From NCBI GenBank assembly GCA_002269645.1, contig NIVC01001917.1, forward strand, positions 157,942 through 221,941: 64,000 nt of DNA. Reading direction: 5' to 3'. Both the position numbers and the translations under genes were made by a program. The notes under the pieces are model-generated. The model ran no database searches. It was not told the DNA's origin and saw nothing but the letters and a program-made list of their open reading frames with translations. This DNA is from Macrostomum lignano (lineage: Eukaryota). This document shows, in pieces, positions 56,601 through 64,000 of this stretch (positions are counted from its first letter, which is position 1; each line of letters starts with the position of its first letter).

Positions 56601-59600
56601 ATTTTGGCGCCAGCCACTCACATGTACACTTTGAACATGATGATTTTGGCGCCAGCCACTCACATGTACACTTTGAACATGATGATTTTGGCGCCAGCCA
56701 CTCACATGTACACTTGAACATGATGATTTTGGCGCCAGCCACTCACATGTACACATTGAACATGATGATTTTGGCGCCAGCCACTCACATGTACACATTG
56801 AACATGATGATTTTGGCGCCAGCCACTCACATGTACACATTGAACATGATGATTTTGGCGCCAGCCACTAACATGTACACATTGAACATGATGATTTTGG
56901 CGCTAAACCCACGAAAATATACTTTTTAGACAATCTTATTGAAATTAGCCAAGCCTAATATTGAGCAGTTTTTTGGTTCAATCGATGCTTCAACACGCTA
57001 ATGAGCGATCAATCAAATCCAAGCGATCTGCTCCTAACTTATAATTCCACAATCTGCCTACAATGCACCTAGATACTGAAAAATCTTCACATATAAATTT
57101 TTTTCTCAAAGCACTCATCGCATACTGTACAATACGGGGTGAGAGAAAATGATATAGTAATGCTAGCAAATTACTGACAGGTGAATGAAAGCTAATTCCG
57201 TCTTGCGAAATGAGGAAATTAGGCACTTAGTTACAATTAATTAGTTAACAATAATATGCATTAAAACAGATGCAAAGTTAGCGGACTGCGATTTCCTGTT
57301 AGTAAGAAACCCATATAAGTAGGTATGTAAACTGAACGAATAATACGGTAAATTAATCATCTACCCAGAAGCCCTGGCACTGCAAGGTCTGTAGCTTGAA
57401 TAAATTCAAGCAGGTAATGGAATCAGAATTGGAATGCGACCCAATAATGAGACTCAGGGAGAAGACTAAGAGGGCAAAGCCAGAAGAAACAGACGTCCAG
57501 ACAAGAAGCATAAAGATATTAGAGTTGAAAAGAGATTAGGTATTGTATGTATGAACGGAGATAATAGAGATAAGATATACGAGAGGACAGAGGACGAGGA
57601 GAGATCTGGCATGGGAGATGAGAGATCGGATATGGTAGATGAGAGATCGGATATGGTAGATGAGAGGTCGGATATGGTAGATGAGAGGTCGGATATGGAA
57701 TATGAGAGATCGGATATGATAGATGAGAGATTGGGCATGGGAGATAAGAGGTCGGGCATGGGAGATGAGAGATCGGATATGGTAGATGAGAGATCGGATA
57801 TGGTAGATGAGAGATCGGATATGGTAGATGAGAGGTCGGATATGGTAGATGAGAGGTCGGATATGGTAGATGAGAGGTCGGATATGGTAGATGAGAGGTC
57901 GGATATGGTAGATAAGAGGTCGGGCATGGGAGATGAGAGATCGGATATGGTAGATGAGAGATCGGATATGGTAGATGAGAGATCGGATATGGTAGATGAG
58001 AGATCGGATATGGTAGATGAGAGATCGGATATGGTAGATGAGAGGTCGGATATGGTAGATGAGAGGTCGGATATGGAATATGAGAGATCGGATATGATAG
58101 ATGAGAGATTGGGCATGGGAGATAAGAGGTCGGGCATGGGAGATGAGAGATCGGATATGGTAGATGAGAGGTCGGATATGGTAGATGAGAGGTCGGATAT
58201 GGAATATGAGAGATCGGATATGATAGATGAGAGATTGGGCATGGGAGATAAGAGGTCGGGCATGGGAGATGAGAGATCGGATATGGTAGATGAGAGGTCG
58301 GATATGGAATATGAGAGATCGGATATGATAGATGAGAGATTGGGCATGGGAGATAAGAGGTCGGGCATGGGAGATGAGAGATCGGATATGGTAGATGAGA
58401 GATCGGATATGATAGATGAGAGATCGGATATGGAATATGAGAGATCGGATATGATAGATGAGAGATTGGGCATGGGAGATAAGAGGTCGGGCATGGGAGA
58501 TGAGAGATCGGATATGGTAGATGAGAGATCGGATATGATAGATGAGAGATCGGATATGGAATATGAGAGATCGGATATGATAGATGAGAGATTGGGCATG
58601 GGAGATAAGAGGTCGGGCATGGGAGATGAGAGATCGGATATGGTAGATGAGAGATCGGACATATGAAAATGAGATAAGACAAGATGGATTCTGAAGAGAA
58701 TAAAGGCGGAGTAAAGAAGACTAGTAACCAAGGCAAGCAAAGAATGTATCGAATTGCACAACGCCACGTGTTCCTTCTCACATATTAGAACTCCGATGAC
58801 ACAGTATCGCACCTCTAAGACAGCAATTCGATTGCAAAAAGGGCCTAATCCACTAACTCTAATCGCGTTAACAAAGTCCAGCAACTCATCTATTTCCTAT
58901 TCACAAATAAGGGAGCGCGCATATTACTAAATTTAAAAAATTGCATCAAACACGGGAGAAGACTCACTAGCAGCAGTAGCGGAGGAAATCGCATTCCGGC
59001 CGCTGTGAAGCGGCCGCCTCAGCTGACTGCCGCCGGCGCCGCTGTTTACTGGCCGGTTCATCTGGCGCGTCTGGCTGTTGTGCCGCCGCTGGTCTGGAAT
59101 AGTAGTAAAGAAAGTTACACTTTTGCTTGGATAGTCTAATACTAATAGATGCTTATTAAGCATGGTTTAAGTCTATTAATAAAATCTATATAAATAGTAA
59201 TAAAATACATAGCATTATAACAACACACTTTCTAGTTTTAAGATGATAGTGCATTGATAACATATTTCAACAAAAACTGACAAAACTATTTCTCTTTTCA
59301 TTTTTTTTTAAGTTCAATAATTTACATACGTATTTTTATACTGAATGATTTAGAATGGGATAGAACTGGGGATTAGCGGCGCTCCATGGGAATTAGCGGC
59401 GCTCTGTGAGAATTACCGGCGCTACATGAGAATTAGCGGCGCTACATGAGAATTAGCGGCGCTCCGTGAGAATTAGCGGCACTTCATGAGAATTACCGGC
59501 GCTCCGTGAGAATTAGCGGCGCTCCGTGAGAATTAGCGGCGCTTCATGAGAATTAGCGGCGCTACATGAGAATTCATGAGAATTAGCGGCGCTCCATGGG

Positions 59601-60581
59601 AATTAGCGGCGCTTCATGAGAATTAGCGGCGCTCCATGGGAATTAGCGGCGCTCTGTGAGAATTAGCGGCGCTTCATGAGAATTAGCGGCGCTTCATGAG
59701 AAATAGAGGCGCTTCATAAGAATTAGCAGCGCTTCGTGAGAATTAGCGGCGCTTAATGAGAATTAGCGGCGATCCATGGGGATCAGCGGCACTTCTTGGG
59801 GATTAGAGGCATTCTATTGGAATTAACTGCGCTCCATGAAGATTAGCGGCACTTCAAGGGAATTAACGGCATTCCGTGAGGTTTAGCGGCCCTCCATGAG
59901 GATCAGCAGCGCTATTTTAAAGGATCGTAGATGGGAGCTGGAGACCCATTGGAGCAGCATCAAGCAAGGCAGAGTTTCAAGGTAGATTAGTTTGCTGACT
60001 GCTGACGATCTTTGCAATTCGAAACGATCATTTTTACCTGAGGGAAAAACTAAAAGATCCCATTCTCTCTACGTGTACAGACCTATCCCATTCTGTGCAT
60101 CTCCGTTGCTAAACCGATGCCTCGGACCGCCCCGATCCAGCGGCGACGGATCGCGCGATTTAACTCGGCGCGTCTGGCGCGACACTGGCGGCGGCGCTGG
60201 CGCCGGGATGCCAGTCGGCTGAACGCTGGGCGCCTGCCAGCGATCCCGATGATGTTGATGCCGACGAGACGGCGGACGCGTTAGAGCTCCGTCGGGGATG
60301 AACGCGCTATCGTCGTCGTCGTCATCAAGATCATACTGAGCTGGCTCGCTGTCAGTCTGCTTGAAGGTGACGTGCAACAACTGGTTGATTGAGTCCGAGG
60401 CGTCGCTGCCGCCGGACTTGTGCCTAGCGGAGCGCGGCCGTTTCACAATAATACCAACTGGCTGCTGAGGATCGTCGGGCGAATTGTCCGGCTTAGGCTG
60501 CAGGCCGAACAAGTACTGATACTGATCGAAGTTAAAGCCCGACTGCTCTTGGAATTCTTGGTCGAAGTAGAACTCGTCCAT
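41627..60581 (-). CDS. CLASP: CLASP (CLIP-associating protein) lacking TOG1, ~1376 aa
   Basis: Phase-consistent exons: 60581-60083, 59093-58968, 56007-55879, 55191-55130, 54719-54366, 53035-52913, 52316-51984, 51604-51260, 50726-50685, 48540-48223, 47850-47441, 45518-44878, 44193-44133, 44064-43938, 42187-41627 (4131 nt). Motifs: GSIDEEGFLAAFEQVP, TOG2 WEKRVDAM..DLRSQVVREAC, SGIP, TOG3 WSCRRDGL..MFGEP, LKELSNHNQR, WDENFKTVLLILLETLGD, ESQIRKAAIFCLV..RRLLQLYI. Confidence 0.93.
42345..43815. repeat. 20-bp intronic minisatellite GAAGTGATACTATGACTCGG
   Basis: About 73 copies, with interspersed ATTCTATGACCCAC variants. Confidence 0.97.
44390..44785. repeat. Degenerate ~24-bp repeat GAAATCTCACCCTAGGAGATTCAG
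   Basis: Related to the 46075-47432 array. Confidence 0.85.
46075..47432. repeat. 30-bp degenerate block, then a 34-bp array CTCTGGAAATCTCACCCTAGTTAGAACACAACAG (~33 copies)
   Basis: Abuts the CLASP donor at 47440. Confidence 0.98.
47990..48200. repeat. 32-bp minisatellite CCCCATTAGTAATCTCCCCAATACCCAATTTT
   Basis: About 6 copies. Confidence 0.9.
48625..49615. repeat. 25-bp minisatellite GATAGTTCAGGGGCGATTTCTTGAA with a ~302-bp block duplication
   Basis: The variant AGGGGCGATCTTTTGTAGTTCATGGG occurs at 49081 and 49383. Confidence 0.95.
50088..50522. repeat. 35-bp minisatellite GGATTGCTAATCTATCCCATGTGAAGGATCAAAAT
   Basis: About 12 copies. Confidence 0.96.
51640..51980. repeat. 45-bp minisatellite CCGGAGTCTCACCCCTGCAACCAGTGAGAGGATGTGATGCAATAA
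   Basis: About 7 copies, filling the intron up to the donor at 51983. Confidence 0.95.
52383..52792. repeat. 32-bp minisatellite TTTGGCGCCAGATTTTAACACTCGATTCCCAG
   Basis: About 13 copies. Confidence 0.96.
54102..54335. repeat. 36-bp minisatellite (GGTGAGATTCGCAATCCGATTCTCTCATCGATG core)
   Basis: About 6.5 copies. Confidence 0.94.
54778..55048. repeat. 22-bp minisatellite GAAGGACCAGTGGGAGGCTAAT
   Basis: About 12 copies. Confidence 0.95.
56255..56905. repeat. 42-bp minisatellite CATGATGATTTTGGCGCCAGCCACTCACATGTACACTTTGAA
   Basis: About 15 copies. Confidence 0.97.
57595..58665. repeat. 21-bp minisatellite GATGAGAGATCGGATATGGTA with higher-order variant blocks
   Basis: Explains the three long periodic ORFs at 57466-58884. 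Confidence 0.97.
59370..59910. repeat. 20-bp minisatellite GAGAATTAGCGGCGCTCCAT
   Basis: About 26 copies, degenerating towards the right. Confidence 0.94.
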
Positions 60582-60699
60582 ATTCACGATAGTGTTTAAT
60601 TCTGACTTTTCGCTTTTCTGAATGCTGCAGCGCGCTTAGGCGCTAATAAGAGGCGGAGAAACCACTGGCCAAGACCAAATGACGCGTTTAATGCAGTTA

Positions 60700-61812
60700 T
60701 GCCTTCAACTGAAAAGAGTATATGTTTTTGCGCGCGCACCAAGCCGCGGAAGAGGGGACTTTAACTTCTTTTGAACACTCAAGATACGCTCGAGCGCTTA
60801 TCTGGCCAAAAGCTGTTCTTATCCAATCGCAGGAGAAGGAATGTTTGCAAGAGGAAAGATTAGAACTAACAGCAAACGTTCGAAGTTTCGAGGCCGAGCG
60901 AAGCAAAAAATATAGAAAAATGAACCGGCTTCGCGGCTACCAGCAGCGCCACCTTACTCGCTTTTTGTTTTTTTGTTAAAGTCTAAGCCTTCGCCACCAA
61001 CCCATGCACAGGCGCAACCCATCTTCTCTCTGTCCTTTGCGCGCCCTCTCGCCAAGGCCAAGCCTTCACACATATTTTTTTTTCATTCTGAGCGCATTGA
61101 CCGGCTCTGGCAGAAGAGGGCAGCGGAGAGGTGGCTTGGAAGGGAGAGACTGTTTTCCCCGACCGCCAACCAACCGCAGTGCGTGTTGCCAATCGGTGAA
61201 TGAGCATTGAGCAAGCTCGACTATGAAGAGGGAAAGACAGATTGCCTACTCAAGACTATTCGTTGCACTGAGGCCATACTCGCTCAATTAGTTCTCAGTA
61301 CACGCCCGAGTAGTACTCGGAGCTTAGCTATGCAACACAACTTTTTTATTCTCGCACGCATGCGGCGAAACTGCAGAGAAGACGAGCGAAATAAGAGGCG
61401 TGTGCATGGAGCAGCAGGCTGGCCAGCAATAAAATATCTCTAAGTACCAAGGGGGAGAATAGAAGCTGTAGTGACTATATAGAAGCTGTAGTGATGATGG
61501 AACGGACAGTTCACTGGCGGCTTCTGTGGGTTAGCTTTAATAGCGGAGGGAAGGGGGTGAACGTCAAGAGGTTTAAGGCAGGCTGGCAATGCTTGAGTTG
61601 GGTCAACCACGACCGCTGCCGCGAGCGGGCCAGTTAAATCGCGGCGCACGCAGAGAGAGTGAACCAGAAGCTTCTAGAAGAAAGACAATGAGAAGAGAAA
61701 GAAAGAAAAGTTAAAGAAAAGAGAATTAAACGATGAGCGACAAGCGCTAAAAAAGCAGATGGAAAAATCTACAGCGCTGCAGGATCAGTTTCTACGCAAG
61801 CTTAATATTTAA
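60700..61812 (+). pseudogene. Possible decayed coding relic (Myb/SANT-like plus a charged coiled-coil tail, transposon-type)
   Basis: Stop-interrupted short ORFs; the tail ELNDERQALKKQMEKSTALQDQFLRKLNI* is coiled-coil-like. The resemblance is weak. Confidence 0.2.
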
Positions 61813-62539
61813 TTTCGTGCTTCTAAATATACTCATACTCTGTGTTTCACCTGTCCTTAATAAAAGCAGGCGACCCAAGAAGAACTATGCACTTAATTAC
61901 AAGCAACTGGCTGAATACAGTTCTGCTTTTATAGAAAAAGCAATTGAGCACGCGAATTGAAAATTCGAATAGGCAAATTGAATAGAATCTGGTGCAGGAA
62001 AATAAAATTATCATTCAAATTTTGGATAACTTTTCTGAGGTAGAACGTTTAAGTTTTTATTAATGGCACTTTTTTGTACTGACCTTAAATAAGATTGTTA
62101 TTCAAATAGAAACAGTGACAACAAAAACCAAATAAAAAAACTGAATTTAAATTAAGCTTCAATTTTAAAACTCTTTATGAGACAAGAGAGTTACAAGTGA
62201 ATAATAATAAACAGAATTCAATCAGATTTTCTGCTAATTTTATTAGCCTTATTTACTACTACTATCAGTATACTTAGCAAGTAGCTAAAACCATTGGCAC
62301 GGTGCATTTTGTTAAATAGAATGTGCCTAGACTGATCATTGGGTAGCAGCTAGCCAAACCTCGTGTGCTAAATGGAGCAGAGCCAAAATGTAAAACACGC
62401 TAGATCCTTCTAAGTTGCCTATTGCTATCTAGCAGATCAGAACAACAAAGGAATTAAGGCTTAGAGGCTTACAGTGCAGATCCAGTGATATAGAGCTGCT
62501 GCTCCTTTTGGCTTATTTTAAATATTGCTATGAACACAG

Positions 62540-62844
62540 AAAGGGCCTGTCAACTTAGGCTCATAAAGTGGAGCCTGAGTAACCTATGTCCACAATTGAT
62601 ACATCATTCTGCTCGGTGTCACCAGGAAGCTGGATTTGGCAAAAAGGACAAAAATTCAGAGAGAACAAGCAAGGTTCATAAAGTGGAGTCCCTAGTTCTC
62701 CCCTTGCTTGTTCTCTCCTATCCCAGGTCAAATTTTTGTCACTTTTTGCCAAATTCAACTTCCTAGTGTCACTGTAAGCAGACTGACATATTATCTATAG
62801 GTTACTCAGGCTCCATTTTATGAGCTAAAGTTGACAGGCCCTTT
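62540..62844. mobile_element. Foldback/MITE-like element, ~305 bp
   Basis: 48-bp TIRs (62540-62587 and 62797-62844, 3 mismatches) plus a nested inner inverted pair (~62636-62676 and ~62701-62757). No clear TSD. Confidence 0.8.
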
Positions 62845-64000
62845 GTGGGATACAGGGGATATCTAACAAGAGTCAATCATAACAAATAAGCTAGATTAGA
62901 ATGGATCAAAACATAAAAAAGAAAATGAGTGTAAAAATGTGAGGTGCAAATCTTTAGAGCTTAGTGCAACTGCCAATAAATATGACATTGTAGACACAAT
63001 CAGATATGTGCAATGAGGATGAGGGAGGAAACATGAACCAAGAGAATGAGAAACTGACTTAAAAGTTCAAATTATAATCCAAATTTGGTTGTTCAAATTT
63101 TTGCCTTATTTTAAATTCCATAAACAAAATATACTACTTGTTTTTCAAATAAAACCCCTTAGCATTTAACAATTTCTTAGCAAACTAGATCTATATAGTT
63201 GATAAGCAAGGTCAGAAAGACTAAGGAGTTTGATAAGCACAGAATGTGGCTAGGCTAGAATTGGCCTAAAAAAGCAGACAAAGGAATAAACCTATACTCA
63301 TACAAGCCAATGCTTATAAAAGAATGGAAGACTTAGAATGACCTTCCCTAAATGTTCTAAGTCAACCAAATCAATCTTTGTAACTTGACTTAACTCAATC
63401 TTATAGCTATAACAATATAGTATTTAAAAATATTTGCTTATAAAAGGCTCAAATACATTCTGAATGTGGTTGCAAAGAATCCTACCATTGCTAACCATCT
63501 AGGAATTTATCCCATTGGTAGCAGAGGATATAAAATTCAAATCATTATAAAATATATGCCTAAGCTCCAAATAGTATTTCTAGCATTTTTATAGGCTTTG
63601 TTAAAGTAAATTTTGCTAAATTCAAATAATTAAGTCTTAATATTTATTTATATTCAAAGACCTAGAGTCAGAATTATAGAATGGTAACAGTAAAAAAAAA
63701 AAGATCTACATATAGCCAATACCCTCTTATAATTCTTTTCTAATACCTTTCTCTTCTAAGGCTTCTAATATCATGGCTATATGGATTATGGCATTAGCCA
63801 AATGAAATGGTTGCACTAGCTACTTGCTATCTGGGGGATGCTTGTTATTTGAAAGAGCTTATTAGTATTGGGAAGGTGCTTGCTATTTTGGATATGTTTT
63901 CTATTTAGGGGGAATGCCTATTATCTCTCTGAAGGCTTTATTTTGCAGTCTTATTGTTACTTAAAAAAAGGGATTTATAGCAAACATCTTTTTCTATGAC

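Noticed and set aside
58684-58788. RIAQRHVFLLTY resembling CRESS-virus Rep motif I
   Set aside because: A stop follows immediately and there is no motif II or III in any frame; likely chance.

Overview
Eukaryotic (animal) genomic DNA with GC-rich GT-AG exons separated by introns that are mostly filled with minisatellite arrays. The style suggests a free-living flatworm such as Macrostomum, but the organism is an inference. By hand-splicing I could rebuild five genes. (1) An intronless type II membrane FkbM-family methyltransferase with a 2-nt frameshift (3138-4299, +). (2) Fourteen exons of a TRPM2-like channel with a C-terminal NUDT9-H domain, whose N-terminal exons are not in the window (9898-22873, +). 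(3) A small secreted neuropeptide-precursor-like gene that the ORF track misses, with its ATG split by intron 1 and a C-terminal KR-LSEFI-G-K (24072-30390, +). (4) A FAM184-like coiled-coil gene (33263-36418, +). (5) A 15-exon CLASP of about 1376 aa that lacks TOG1 (60581-41627, -). The rest is about 40 tandem arrays, tRNA-derived SINEs (one with a MIR-like CORE), a foldback MITE and composite dispersed repeats. Nearly all long ORFs in the supplied track are repeat or antisense artefacts. There is no CRISPR array, rRNA or intact tRNA. The best leads are the hidden EFLamide/TRH-like precursor, the TRPM2-like channel with both ADP-ribose sites degenerate, the Golgi-type methyltransferase, and the one-array-per-intron architecture with decoy splice sites. 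All alignments were done by eye, with no database searches.
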